NCBI RefSeq assembly: GCF_021028975.2
Contig: NC_059437.1
Location: 21,762,001-21,826,000 of the forward strand
Direction: 5' to 3'
Source of the DNA: Sphaerodactylus townsendi
Lineage: Eukaryota
DNA: 64,000 bases
Below the pieces are notes generated by a model. The model was not told the origin of the DNA. It saw only the letters and a list, made by a program, of their open reading frames with translations, and searched no databases. Below, one piece after another: positions 12,261 to 26,257 of the stretch. The position numbers and the translations under genes were made by a program. The number at the start of each line of letters is the position of its first letter. Within the stretch, counting starts at the first letter, position 1.

Positions 12261-14831
12261 TATGAAACAAGTTTCAAAGCTGTTTATTTGATGGGTTCAG
12301 AGATCAGCCAAGATTGACACATAAGAGTCATCAGCACATATACATACAATAAAATTCCAACACAACACAGTAGGCTACTTTCAATAGCACAAACATAATT
12401 AATAAAAAGACTTAACTAGCTGCTTTCTTGTTAAACATGCCAAGGTGCAACATTTGGCAACTTTTAATGTGGTCTTGTTTGAATGATCTGAGAGGAGCAG
12501 GGAAATATAAAATTCATCAGGTTGCCTGGAAAATTTGATAAGACTGGAATTACGTACAGAGACCAGATGCTCCTGTAACTGTATGAAACAGGTTGCTGAG
12601 CCTGATGGACCACAGGTCTGATCCAGCAAGGCTTTTCTTGTATCCTATTTTTGTATCCTATTCATACTTGTATTCTATTTTTCAGACCAAAGTCTCCCAA
12701 AGCGACCGTGATCAAATGAAGAGGCACAGATAAAGACATCCAACTAAATGCAGATCAGGACAATCGTCCCTTCCTGGTTTTTTTGTTTGGGTAGAGGGGA
12801 CATCCAGAGAATTCTTCTTCTGCATTTTTCTGGGAAATCATAATTAAATCAGCATTATTTTAGGCAGATGGAACAGTTTCTTCTTTAATTACTATTCATA
12901 ATAATATAATTATCTATATTTATATGGCCACTCCAGTCTTCCTTGCTGCCTCCCCTTGTTTGGAACAGCTTCACTGAACCACTTCTTCACACACCCTTCT
13001 TCTGAAAGCCTACAAAATAATTTGTCTGTTATCACAGTTTCTTGCCCTTCTCCCTTCCCCATAAAGGGCTGTTGAATATGTAGGTACACACTGATAAGAC
13101 TGTGCCCAGCTTCCTTGGCTTCTGGGGTGACAAGGGTCTCCCTGGTTCCCTCTTCTTGTCCTAGAACAACTCCAAGAGAGCCAACATGGTGTAGTTAAGA
13201 GTGGTAGATTCTAATCTGGAGGATCGGGTTCAATTTCCTTGCACGACAGAAAAGCACAACAATTAGCCAAACAAATCTCCATGAGATTCTACCTAAGTCA
13301 ACATATGACAGTGACTAACTGAAAATAATTAATTACCCTAAAGGATTGTATGATTTGGGGTGGGGGTTGAGGACTTGCAGCTGAATGGAAAGCTGTAGAT
13401 GAGATATGACCACCTTTATATTCTATTCTTGGGTTGATAAATTTGTCAGCCATTTAGATTATTTGACTGCAAAATCATGTACTCTGATTTTTTTAAAATT
13501 TAAAATCACCAGATAGAAGTTGATTGTCACTTTCAGTCTTTCTGAACCTTTCAGAAAAGCCATTTATGCCAAGCTCTTTCCCGTTCACTTGCTAGCCATG
13601 AGCCTCCGTCCTCCTTTGGATCCGAATTGCTGTGTGTTCTATCAAGTTTGTCAGAGATCTGACTTGCTGCTACAGCTCTCTCATGTGAATATTCCCAGTG
13701 GACTCAGTCCCGCTCCTCCCAAAGTCAATGACAAATAAAAAGTCTCTTTACCTCAAAAGCATAAGAGAGAATCGTGTGGTTTCTTATTTAGGAAAGGACT
13801 CAAACTCAAATACTTTCTGCTCCTAGACAGAATATTCGGAAGAAGAGCCATAGGCACAAAATCATTCTCAGACATAAAAACGATACAGAAGAGCACTATA
13901 AATGTTTATTCTGCCACTTAACACACAGTGGAGAGGCTGTGAGGTACCAAAGGTCAACAACAAAAGAAAAGTGGAACAGCCTAGATTATGGGTCAAACCC
14001 CTGGAGAATCCTTGGAACCCTGTATGAATGCTAAACATAGATACACAAACCTCTCCTCACAACACTGATACCAAATTCATTATGTTTTCACTGAATGGAG
14101 TGTTACATGACTAAACTCATTTTAAAACCCTCTGAATTATAGATGGCTCATTCACCTCAAGGATCGGAAATTTATCTCAGTCAGCTGGGTTTGAAGGTGA
14201 CACTGAGGCCCACCACTATACACCATTTGCTGCTACTGCCACATCTCAACCACAGCTTTGACAGGGGTTGCAGTGGAAGGAGTAGAAGAAAATCTGCTGA
14301 GCCTGCTAGACAATCACCTAATACCAAGAGCTTCAGGGCAGAGGAGGACAGAAAGCGAAAGCTGCCATAGCCAGGGCTAGACAATGGGGATTGTGTCCCA
14401 CTAGTATTTCTCAACACCTTTCTTCACCAGAGCCTCGGTTTCACATGGCCTTTGTCATTTGAGACCCATGATCATTGGAATAACCTGTTTGGCCAAGACT
14501 GAATCTCCATCCCTCTTACAGCAGCAGAATGACTATTAGGATATATCCTAAGGACGCAGGATACTGCATTGTTGAGGCTCCAGCCTGATCAAAATCTGAA
14601 TGGAAAAACACCAGCGTTCCAGATGTCCCAGTTTTTCAAGGATTGCCCCAATTTTCTGATGTCTGTGCATAATAAGTTTATGGTGCCATCCAAGGAGATG
14701 TTCGCGATGCCTTAAAAAATATTAAGCACATGTGCGTTAGAATTCCCAATCCTGAGCCACTTCCACCTAGCCTATAGAAGTTGTGGGGAGCCATGTGTAT
14801 ACAAATGTATGCCAGAGTGGCACTGGTAGTA

Positions 14832-15125
14832 AAGAAGAAGAAGAAAAAGAAGAGTTTGGATTTATAACCCCCCTTTCTCTTCTGCAGGAGACTCAAGGGG
14901 GCTTACAGTCTCCTTGCCCTTCCCCCCTCACAACAAACACCCTGTGAGGTAGGTGGGGCTGAGAGAGCTCCAAGAAGCTGTGACTAGCCCAAGGTCACCC
15001 AGCTGGCGTGTGTGGGAGTGTATAGGCTAATCTGAATTCCCCAGATAAGCCTCCACAGCTCAGGCGGCAGAGCTGGGAATCAAACCCGGTTCCTCCAGAT
15101 TAGATATACGAGTTCTTAACCTCCA
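14832..15125 (-). mobile_element. tRNA-derived SINE (Squam3-like, young subfamily)
   Basis: Nearly identical in reverse complement to 46189-46496. Confidence 0.9.
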
Positions 15126-18100
15126 GTGCCACTACACCACTTTGGCTAGGGACAAAGATGCCTCCAATCAGTGGCTCAGACCCCAGAGGAGAAGGACCAA
15201 CTCCCAAATGCAGTATAAGCATCCCTACACATAATCAGATCCAGACGATGGCTAGGCTGCCTAACTAAGAAACTACCATACCACTGCTTGCCTTTTACTT
15301 ATTTAAGATATTAACAGGCTGCCCTTTCCATAAAAAGGTGCTCAGAACAGCTTACGCTGAACCACAAAAAACGGAATGACAAACTATCTAAAAACAACTA
15401 ATACAAAATACAAATACAGCATTACAAATACATTTAAAAACAGCAAGTGGACGAGTCAAAGCAGATTAAAAACAACAGATCAAACATACTCGATAAGCGC
15501 AAATGGGTACCAAATGAACCACTGTAGGGACAACAGTGCCACCCCCAAAGAGACCCTGCCCTCAGATGGTAAGGGCACACTCAGTAGGAGATGATGGTGC
15601 TGATCTTAAGTGAGGAGCAGATTCATTGGAGAGCAGATGGTCCTTCAAATACCCTGTTTCCATTTATGCCGCACTGAACTACCCATCCAGATACTAAATT
15701 CACTTGGAGTTGTAATTTTTTCTAGAGCAAGCTTGACTAGATCCAATGCCAAATTAAACATTTTTAGGGTCAGCTTGCAAACACCGTGGAAGTTGATAGA
15801 GCACAATCTATGATAGAATACAGCAGGGAAAGAAGTGGCAGGATTAATGAATCATAAGAAGGGAACAGCTCAACCAATGATCCTTGGCATAAGAAGAAGA
15901 GTGTTACACGTAGGCATGATGTCCCTGTCTCGGTCCGTGAAATGTAGCAGGCTGTGAGAGATCACCCGGGAACTTCAAGTAACCCCCCCTTCCATGCTTT
16001 TCCATGCAACAGCAGCATATAAAACATAATAAGCCAATGCAATGAGCCCAGGCTGTCCTTGCAGGCTCTCAAGGGCAATTTGCACCTGTGACCGCAAACC
16101 CTGTTCTTCCCAGTGCCTTTCATTTTGTGTTCTGAAATCAGCACAACTGTTAACAGAGATGTCTTTGGCAGCGATGGGGTGACCAGTTTCAACATCACCG
16201 TCCCTTTGCCAGCTGGCGAAAGAGAACCCAGATGCAAGGAAAGCAACTTGTTTGTCCCCTGGCAGGAAGAAATGCTGAGCAGCAACAGCAGCGAAGAGGA
16301 AAGCTCTTATCTGCCGTGCTCATCAGAGAAGGCTGGAATGAATAAGTCAAAATTCAAACTAGTCCCGTTTATCCTCTGTTTACATCAGTTCCTAAGACAG
16401 TTAGCATAGCATTAAAAGGGGGGGGGGGTACCAAACCTACAGATGCTTTTGCTCTGAAAAATCCCTCCCCTGTGAATGCAGAAGATGAATGGCAAAAGGA
16501 CACAAACACAGCTAAGGATGCTAGTCAAGCAATAAACCACTATTCAAAGATCAGTACCCAAACAAACAAGTAAACCGATCTCAGCAAACAAGGATAATTA
16601 GGTAATAATGTTTTCCCCTTTGGCTGCCAAAGGAAGAAACATGGCAGATAAGTAAACATTTTGAGCACATTAACAAGAAACCTTGCGGGCCAGCCCAGAG
16701 ATACTGTGTTAGATCGTTTCAGATAGGATACCAGCAAGAACAGAAGGACCAGCAGAAATGCTTAAGAGGCTTAACTACAGACTATGGATCACCCCAAATT
16801 TGACAATCAAATCTTTCAGTTCTTTCGTACATTCCACCTTCATTAAGATCAACAGATTTTCTTAAGGTCCTTGTGTGTATTTGTGCGCTTCAAAGTATTA
16901 ACGCTAATCCTTTTTCCTCCATGGGGAGGGGGGGGGGGGAAAGTAACCTGAGGGTTAAGTTGGCTTTCCTAAATATTCCGTGCAACACATGCAGTAATCC
17001 AAGGGAACATTTGTTGGCCATAAAGGTGTACAACAGCAATTTTTTTTTTTGCAATGACACAGTGCAGAGCGAGCAAGCGAGCGAGAGAGAGAGAGAATAT
17101 GCGATCTGAGTGCTAATGAGCTGACACTGCAGTGGCTAGAGCTATGTAGTGGAGAGCACTATAAGTGCAGAACAGGAGAGACACAAGCAGTGTTATTTCG
17201 AGGGAATGAGAACTACAGAACTTTGAGCGTAATGTAGACGCTAATGTTAACAGATGCCAGTAGAGGTTTTTATCTAAACCTGAATGGAGGGGTGGGGGGG
17301 GAGCTATATTTAGATATGCCAGAAATGGAATTATGCATTTAAATACTCTGCTCCAGTACATTCTGACAAAGATGTCTCACTCTGTGTGCGTGTGTGCGCG
17401 TGCATTTCCAAAGGAAACCTGCAGTGCTTCGGTTACCACCTGCTTGCTTAAATGATACCGTTCACACTCGTAAAACAAGTTAACCTAAATCATTTGGGGG
17501 GTTTTCCTCCCAGAGAATGTGAACATCTGCAGCATAGTCTCTTGCTTTTTAAAATGAGAACCTTTATGTAAGAACCCGGCTTTATATAAGAGCTGAGGAA
17601 AAAATCCTCAAAGTTGTTTGAATGTTTCATGTTTCCATATAAAATATCACCAACACAAAAAGAGAGGGGGGGGGGTTGGTAGATGGCTACAAGATATGCT
17701 GAGACACAGGCATAGGTTTATGCAGCAATTTAACAAAACAAGTGTTATTTGCTCCTTCAAAAATTAAATGCAAAGGTTTTCTATCTCTGAAGAAACTGTC
17801 AGTAAATGCCAGCACAAAGTTTTTTCCCTGATGTTCCATGAAGATTGTCAGCATACCTTTGACCACTTATGGAACGTACACAATTGCAGCAAGCTGAATA
17901 TATCATAACAAAGACAAGCTTTCTCATTCTTCGATAAACTCATGATACCCATTGTCATAATTTCCATTTTATATTCTTGATTACGCTAATCTGAGCTAAA
18001 ATGCCCCATTATCATGCTGGCCTCACATTCATAAACTTTGATTAAAAAGATTCATGCTCTTAAGATACATTTTCAACAACAAAACCAAAAACACTAGTTG

Positions 18101-18650
18101 CCCAGTCTTTATGCTGTAAGACAACATCAGGGTATATAGCACTTGGTTGAAAGGGATACCTTTCTTTTCCTCACCATGGGAACTCATCCACACAAGTGTT
18201 GAGTAAGGATTTTTTTTGTTTATTTTAAGATAAACTCTACAAACATTTAAAATGAGTATGTCAAATGATCTCCGAATGACCTTTGGGAGAGTGCAAAAGT
18301 ACTGCTCTATGGCCATCTATAAAAAGCATCCAACTGCTAGATAAAGGGGTGATTGAGATGAGCCAGGAGCTAAATATTTGAACCTCAACTTCTTTTCATC
18401 ATTTTTTTAAGAGTCTCTAAAAGAAAATTGAGTGCCCACTGTACCTCGGAATGCCAGCAAACTACAAGCAGCGTCAGATCACCCACCTTTTCCCATCCCT
18501 CGCAGCATACGTTACAGTGAGGCCCTGAGGGCTTTTCAATGGCTTTATCTGTCATGGTTCTCCTCCCAGCCAGAAGAAAGAACCTTGAGAATCACATAGG
18601 CTACATTTCCAAAGTTCTCTGGGTAAACGATGATTGTTGAACCATGTTAA

Positions 18651-19221
18651 CTGCGCAATCCTGAGTGGGGGATGGTAGCTGCGGCGCATCCGGGGACGGT
18701 GCAGCCACGCCACCTCCTAAGAGGCTTGCTGAGCAGCAGCTAGAAAGTGAAAAGCAATAATGCCCTTTCCTCCGTGCCAGTGGCCCACACTGCACAATAG
18801 ACCATGCCGCTGGTTTTGCTGGCGCAAGTGGGTCATTACTGGCCTGAAAGAGCTCAAGAAGTTGACTAAAGTCAGCTCCATCCCAAAGAATGCTCCTTTG
18901 GCACCAGTGCGGGCTACTGCGCTGGAAGGGCACCAGTGCTATGGCTGCAGGGGTGCCCAGATGTAGCACTGCTGCGCAGCTCTCCAGCACTAGAATAAGT
19001 AGTAGTTATACCAGCACAGGGCCGGAGCAAGGGGGAACTGCACCCAAGGCATGTGCGGGTCCTGTGCCCCTGCCACGCCCCCACCCACCCCAGAATGCCC
19101 CCGCACCGGTGCGCGCCCAGTGCATTGCGCACCCCCCCCCCCCATGGCACTATGCCACTGAACCAGCACAAGGGTTTCGCCACTTCCTTAGTGCTTTCCC
19201 CCCACCCTTTGGATTGCACTG
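18651..19221. mobile_element. GC-rich non-autonomous DNA transposon (3-bp TAA TSD, PIF/Harbinger-like)
   Basis: Ends CTGCGCAATCC / GGATTGCACTG, flanked by TAA on both sides; explains the cluster of GC-rich spurious ORFs here. Confidence 0.7.
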
Positions 19222-19299
19222 TAAGTCTCCCTGGCCAGGATCTTTATAGTTTTCTCTTATCTGAATACTTATCAAAGCAGTTAAATGCAACAATAACTA

Positions 19300-19531
19300 C
19301 CGTGTTTCCCCGAATATAAGACAGTGTCTTATATTAATTTTTGCTCCCAAAGATGCGCTATGTCTTATTTTCAGGGGATTTCTTATTTTTCTGTGTTCTG
19401 TTCATCGGGCATGCTTCCAAACAAAAACTTTGCTATGTCTTACTTTCGGGGGATGCCTTATATTTCGCACTTCAGCAAAACCTCTACTATGTCTTATTTT
19501 TCGGGGATGTCTTATATTAGGGGAAACAGGG
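19300..19531. mobile_element. Tc1/mariner (Tc2/pogo-like) MITE
   Basis: TA-flanked; TIR CCGTGTTTCCCCGAATATAAGACA / TGTCTTATATTAGGGGAAACAGG; internal repeats of ATGTCTTATTTTC.GGGGAT. Confidence 0.85.
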
Positions 19532-20479
19532 TAGCTGTTTTGGACAGAGTCAAACTACGACCCCACTAGCTGAGATTCTGGAGGGAGGGAGGTTTTTTAA
19601 AGGGAAGCCAAATGCTGATCAGAAGAAACACAAACAAGCCACTACCTCATCCGCACGGGATTTCTAATTGGTAATGGCTCTGTGGGTTCATTTTTGCACA
19701 CTGTAGCTAGCTGGCGGAGCAGCCGCACAGATTGGTATGTATGAGCATTCTGACTTTTCAAAGACAATTACTTTCCAATCTGAGGAAGCATGGCAGCCTT
19801 CCTGGTTATTTATTTGTTGCTGCAAATACTTCCATGTGCAGTGGGCAGGACCGCAAATAATATTTCCCCTCTGCTACAATACATCACCATGCGATCATTT
19901 CACTCGAGACAAGGTCACCTTTCCCCATTCTTTTTCCAGTTTACTTAGTTACAGATGGTCCCACTCTATAAACTGGGGTGTGAAAAATGTGAATAGAGAA
20001 TTTTTTTCCCCTTTCTCAAATCAGACTAGAACTTAGGGTGATTTACTTAAGATGACTATCAGTTGACTTGAAAGAAAGTCCTTCTTGTAAGTAACTTATG
20101 ACACTCATTGTCACAAGATAAAGTGATTGCCTCAGGTTCAGATTAAATTAATAACTAGGGGGTGCCCTAATTGAACATTTTTCCGTTTATCTCATCCTTC
20201 CTCCATGGAGTTCAGAGCAATGTAGGTGGTTCCCCCTTCTTCAAGTTATCCTCACAACAACTCTGGAAAGAAGGGTTGGTTGCATTCTCTTGGGCTGAAC
20301 TAAAGGCATCCAGCAAGTGTCATGTCAGAGCATTATTTGAATACAGGGCTCCCAGAGCCTAATCTGACACTCTACTGGCTCATGAGCTGTTGTGGCAAAT
20401 TAGACATGATAGTCAAATAGAATCTCCATTTGCCCATTCATTCCTCAAGTCTTCCCTCTAGTTAAAATTTCTGATCTAC

Positions 20480-21135
20480 CTTCAACAATCCCTACTCAGC
20501 GTCCACCCAGGTTAGATTATTGTATTGTGTTCTACATGGGGCTGCCTTTGAAAACAATCCAGAAACTATCACTGGCCTAAAATGGGGCAGCCAAACTTCT
20601 GTCAGGGTTAGAGTACAGGGGTCATATGAGTCCTGCCCTGAAATAACTTCACAGGCTCCCCTTTCTTTTATAGGCTCAATTAGAAATGTGTGTCCTTACC
20701 TTTAACACCTAAATGGCTAAGGGGAAGGGTACTGGAAGGAATGCCTCCTGCCATATTGCTGGCTCACCAATTTAGATTCACTTCTCAAGCTCAATTCTCT
20801 ATGCTCCTGCCATTAGAGGTGATGTGGGTAGCAACTAGAGATTGGGCTGTTTCAGTAGTGGCACCTCACTTATGGAGTTCTCTTTGCTTGAGGGTTGCCC
20901 GGTGCCCATTCTACTCTTTTTGGTACCAGGAAAAACATTGCTGTATACCCAAGCTTTTAACTAAAGACTTGATTTTTAACACTGTCTGTGCTTTTGGTCT
21001 GAAAACGGTTGAATTCTCTTTGAGATGCTCAACGTGTTGTTTTCATGCTCTAGCTGGGTTTTTAATGCTGGGTTTCAGTGAGTAACTTTTCATATTTTAT
21101 TTTTTTAAAAAAAAAATTGTAAGCTGCCCCGGGCA
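20480..21135 (+). mobile_element. L2 LINE 3' fragment
   Basis: Degenerate RLDYC..LYMGLPLK..QKL motif at the DNA level; ends TGTAAGCTGCCC like L2 3' UTRs. Confidence 0.65.
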
Positions 21136-21509
21136 GGTTTGCTGCAGACAGAGTCACTCCCCATCACTGAGCCACAGCATTATCAAGTAGTATCACCTCC
21201 GGGACCTCAGCCATGTCAGGCTCTAGTTCCAAGCTCTAAACACCAGCTGCCATTGCTCCACAGAATTGGAAAGTTATTCTACATATGCACAGAAGTATTC
21301 TTCTGGAGCTCAGCTTTGGCACACAAAGGAGATTTCTGGGGAAGGATTCCTCAGCCCACAAGACATTTTACTAGTCTCATCAAAATTTATAACACCCTTG
21401 AGGTGCTGCATGAACCCTCAGCATTGGGGAACAATTGGACAGAGTCCCTTAGAGAAAGAATTAAAAGTCAGTTTTGCTTTTTGCTGGATAGTTTCTCACT
21501 GGAAGTATG

Positions 21510-21690
21510 CATGTAAATGCTGTCAAGTTGCAATTGACTTCTGGCAACTCCAGCAAGGGGCTTTCAAGGCAAGTGAGAACCAGAGGGGTGCCATTGCCCT
21601 CCTCTGCAGAGTCTTCCTTTGGTGATCCCAATCAAGTACAGACCTTGCTTAGCTTCCAAGATCTGATAAGACTGGGCCATACTACACCGC
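21510..21690 (-). mobile_element. 5S rRNA-derived SINE
   Basis: Minus strand CAGATCTTGGAAGCTAAGCAAGG...GCAGAGGAGGGCAATGGCA...TTGCCTTGAAA. Confidence 0.75.
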
Positions 21691-22049
21691 TTCCCTCCAC
21701 TTAATGGTAATACACATCATAACACTTGTTCCCCTTTTGTTTACAGGGAATACCAGAGATAACTTGAGAGAAAATGAATACTATTTGGCTTCCAGGTGTA
21801 TAATTGCTAAAGAATCTAGAACTGCATAAGCAATAGAGAAAATCCACTTTTAACCATCCAGCCATTCATGTGGTCAGGATAATATGGAACCACTAAACCA
21901 TGTTAATTCAAGAAGGATGGCTAAGCAAGTCTGTTGCAGGAATAAGAAAAAGAGTTTTGTAACATCTTAAAAACTAACATTTTAAGGTTTCGTGGACTAT
22001 ACCCCACATCATCAGATGGATCGTTAGATGGCAGCCACATATGCATACC

Positions 22050-22470
22050 ATACTTGAACGCAAAGTCACGAAGAAGAGGAAGAAGAGGAGGAAGAAGAAG
22101 AAGAAGAGGAAGAGGAAGAAGAAGAGGAAGAAGAAGAGGAAGAAGAAGAGGAAGAAAAAGAGGAAGAAAAAGAGGAAGAAAGAGGAAGAAAGAGNNNNNN
22201 NNNNNNNNNNNNNNNNNNNNNNNNNNNNNNNNNNNNNNNNNNNNNNNNNNNNNNNNNNNNNNNNNNNNNNNNNNNNNNNNNNNNNNNNNNNNNNNNNNNN
22301 NNNNNNNNNNNNNNNNNNNNNNNNNNNCTACAATCTCCTTTCCCTGCCTCTCCCCACAACAGACACCTTGTGAGGTAGGTGGGGCTGAGAGAGTTCCGAA
22401 GAACTGTGACTAGTCCAAGGCCGTCACCCAGCAGGAATGTAGGAGTGCGGAAACATATCTGGTTTACTTA
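22050..22470 (-). mobile_element. SINE with expanded (GAA/GAG)n tail spanning an assembly gap (N 22195-22327)
   Basis: SINE body at 22328-22470; purine triplet tract 22050-22194 lies at the position of the family's CTT tail. Confidence 0.75.
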
Positions 22471-25094
22471 AGAGTATTGTCAATTGAATCCAAAGTACTT
22501 TCTCACACAGTCCAGCATTAACTTATGGAAATAATTACCAAAATGTTGCCATACTTTGCACTTTCAGTCTTTGTGGCCTTTTGAAGTTGCTGTTAACCAT
22601 TTTTTTCCTCCAAAAGTGGGCATGTGTGTATGTGTGTGGATATAAAACCCACCAACCAAGGATCTACCTCACACTTGGATGAAATGAGCTCTGGTCCATG
22701 AGTGTTTCAGCCAAAATAAAATGCGTTAGTCTTTAAGGAGCTACGGGATACCAGTTTCCTTTCATCTACATTGGATTAAGTTGAAAATGCACTTGGGGAA
22801 GGAAAATAATATATCTTTGACCTTTCCTATAGTATTTTGGATTTGCTCACAGACATTAAAATGACAAACAGGAGAATCAAGGACTCTTGTGATAACAGAA
22901 GATATGCCACTGAGCTGAGTCTATATTAAATTCCATAGATGTTTGGGCCAGTAATCGAGGAAGGGGCTACCATAAAGCAGAAAGGAGGCAGTCACTTCAA
23001 GCATTAAGATTTTAGACCTCACAAAGGACCAGAAAGATATCAACAATTTCATTGTTATATGTTTTTTACTATAGAAACATGAACTAAAAAGTGTTTCCCA
23101 GTCAGATGCCAGAATCATGGGCCAACCTCACTAGTAATCTTAGTGGAATTTTTAAAGAGGGACGGACCCTAAAGAAGAATGATTAACTAATCAACAATGT
23201 AATCTCTTTAGTTTAAATCTATAGAAATGAAAGGATTACAGTCATTGAAGATTCAGATGTTTGTTGAAATAGCAGCTTGTGCTGGCCAGGATTATGAAAA
23301 TAAAATCCAAATACAGGTGGATTTTTAAAAAGGTTTTTAAAAAAGTTTTTAAAAAGTTATAACTGGGGTTGCCCACATACCTGAAAAAGACCTCCTGACC
23401 CGTTCTCTCACTTTGTACAGCAGCTAGCAAAAATCAGCAGGTGATGCTTTTCAGACCAAGGAGCTGAAAGCATCCTTCCCTGTTCATGTTCCTTTATCAA
23501 GCAACTGTTAAAGACACAGGTACAATGGCTGGTTGAAAAGAATTCAGAACTGCCCTTGGATCACTGATGTTTCATATAACTTTTCCAAAGTCTGAATCCC
23601 AAACTGTGTACACAGCTCTCTAGAAACTCACAGGAAGCAAATGCAATGCTATTTATCCTCATAAAAAAAACCCCAAGAGTATCTGCTTATAAATCAACAG
23701 ACTTGCTTATGGGTACACAGGCATCCCAGAAGGTCAGCTCTTTGCATTCTCCTAGTGCCTCCTCCCCATCCTTATTAGGTAAAGCTAGATAAACATTACG
23801 CAAAGACCATTACAACGGTGACGTGCAGCCAAGCAGTACAATCAGCCTTCTCCTCAAGAAAGGAAGTATTGCCTTTACAAGGTAGAGATTGATTGATGCC
23901 TGCAGAGCTCTGTGCCAAATCTACTCCCAAAGCAATAAATTGACCCCTTGTTGCCCATCAAAAAAGCAAGGGTGGGGAAGGAACAGCCTCTGCAACAGAG
24001 CATATGCAGGAATGGGGGGGGGGGACCACTCCAGTCTCTCTTCAAAGCTGGCGGCTCCCTGACATAACTGGTTGCTCACCAGGGTCCTGAAGGTACAGAG
24101 GCTATTCTGATAACTTCAGGTTTGCCGCTTTCCAATCCGGCAACACTCCCTGTGCAGAATTTCACAGGGGTTAAGCAGTGCTCCCGTTCTCTGCTTCCCA
24201 AACACTTGGATTTTAAATCGAGCCTGGCCCACAAGCAGAGATGCTCCTGTGCTCTCACCTCCTTCGACCCCAATAAGATAAAAATGTCCAAATATTAGGA
24301 CTCTTTAAGAAGTCTGGCTGCAGCGCAGATGGGTTTGCTCCTGTTCAACTGTGCTCTCTTCCTTTACTGTTTTGTTTGCATTTTTCCCTCTCTCTCTAGT
24401 AAAGCATTAGTAGGTATGAAAAACACACACACATTTGTAGTGCTAATTCCCCCCCCACACACACACACACACACTCCCTGCTAGACTGCCAGGTTTTCTA
24501 CATCATTTCCCTCCTCCCTCCCCCTTGCCAACAGCATTCATCAGTTAGCCTCACTGGTTTGTAGCAAGACATTCTCTATGAGAAGAGAGGCTATTTTAAG
24601 GCAGGCTGGTAACCCCATCCCATTGTGTCACCTCAAGGTCATTTTAAACTGCATTTTCCACATTTTGTCCCGATGCAATGTTATTTGGGGGAATGATGTC
24701 CCCCCTCCTTATAGCCAAGCTGTTGCTAAATACCTACTATTGTCAGCAGTCAAAGCAAAGGACAGACACTAAAACTGGCAACGCAGAACTTATTCTGAAC
24801 CACTCAATTCGACTGCTGGGGGCGGGGGAACCACTTTTATGTAGTAAGAACCAGTTCTTTATCAACCATAACCGGCACACATGCAATACTTGAACAGGAG
24901 AGAAGCGAGTCAATGGGCAGCACTAACATTCATTCTGGTGTAGTTTACCAGATATGAACTGCAGTTCTGGATAGCAAATCAGGGCTAAAATCGGTATAAG
25001 GGTATGTCTGGGGGTGGGGCGGGGGGGGGGGGGAGAGAATGGAGAGGTTTTCAAACAGGTGCCACAGTGCTGTGCGGAGAAGAGCGGGCAGCTA

Positions 25095-25289
<195 letters not shown>

Positions 25290-25968
25290 CTATAGACGGG
25301 ATGTAACAGGATCTGTAGATACGATAAGAATATTATGCTCCAAAGCAATGCTCTCCCATACAAAGCATATCCATGTCTCATTATTCATACTTAACCTTCA
25401 GAGATCAGTGTTCGTGTACATTAATTGGTATCTTTACATTAGCTCCATTGGATAGGCTGGTGGATTCCGAGACAGTGTAAGACCCTTTAGCGTGATCAGG
25501 GCCGAGGGGAGTTTTGAACCTGGATCACAGCTGATTCTTTGTGCCACTAACAAAACCAGCTCTACAGTATCAGCCTGGGCTTAAAGTTAATATCAGTTCA
25601 AAATGTGAAGATTGCTACCCTATACATCCTTGGTTTGGCCTCAGGACCATCGAATTCTGTGGGGACTGACCAATCCTGACCATATCTACTCTGAAGTAAG
25701 CCCCACTAAGAACTACAGACACAAGACTGCAGCCCGATCAGGAACGAATTCTGCTCAGGTCTGTTCAATGGGGTTTACTGCCAGGAAAGTGTTTAGTGTG
25801 AGGTATAGTTCCATTGGAGTAATCCCTGCAGAATTCAGCAGGGTTTCCTTGTGAGTCAACACCCCCAGATCTCCGGCTCTAGAATCTTGGAGTCGAACAA
25901 GAGTTTTCGCACCTGACTAGTCTTAAAGACAATCTTAACTTTCAAAGCGGTGAGTGGAAGGGCTGGAC

Positions 25969-26257
25969 CAGGGATAGGGAACCTTTAACACTCAAAGAGC
26001 CATTTGGACCTGTTTTCCACGGGAAAAGAAAACACTTGGAGCCGCAAATCATTTTTGACATTTAAAATAAAGATAACCCTATATATATTGGGTTTTTTAA
26101 AACCTTTTACTCCGCTCATTCTGAGAAGCGCATGGATGCGCCCGCCCTGCTGCTTGCAGGGCAGGCAAGGATGGGGCTGGCGGCTCGGCTCGTGGAGCCA
26201 CAGTGCAAGGGCAGAAGAGCCGCATGCGGCTCTCGAGCCGCAGGTTCCCTACCCCTG
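25969..26257. mobile_element. hAT MITE in GRIA3 intron 1
   Basis: TIRs CAGGGATAGGGAACCT / AGGTTCCCTACCCCTG; 8-bp TSD GGCTGGAC at 25961-25968 and 26258-26265. Confidence 0.9.

Noticed and set aside
15962-16409. Two ~100-aa ORFs on opposite strands
   Set aside because: Non-ATG starts, no recognisable domain or splice structure; consistent with chance ORFs.
19324-19520. Regularly spaced repeats resembling a CRISPR-like array
   Set aside because: Eukaryotic context; they are internal TIR-derived repeats of a Tc2-type MITE.
18601-19569. Cluster of 70-130 aa ORFs
   Set aside because: They lie within two non-autonomous DNA transposons.
22041-22413. Lys/Arg-rich and poly-Ser ORFs
   Set aside because: Translations of the (GAA/GAG)n tract and an N gap, not genes.
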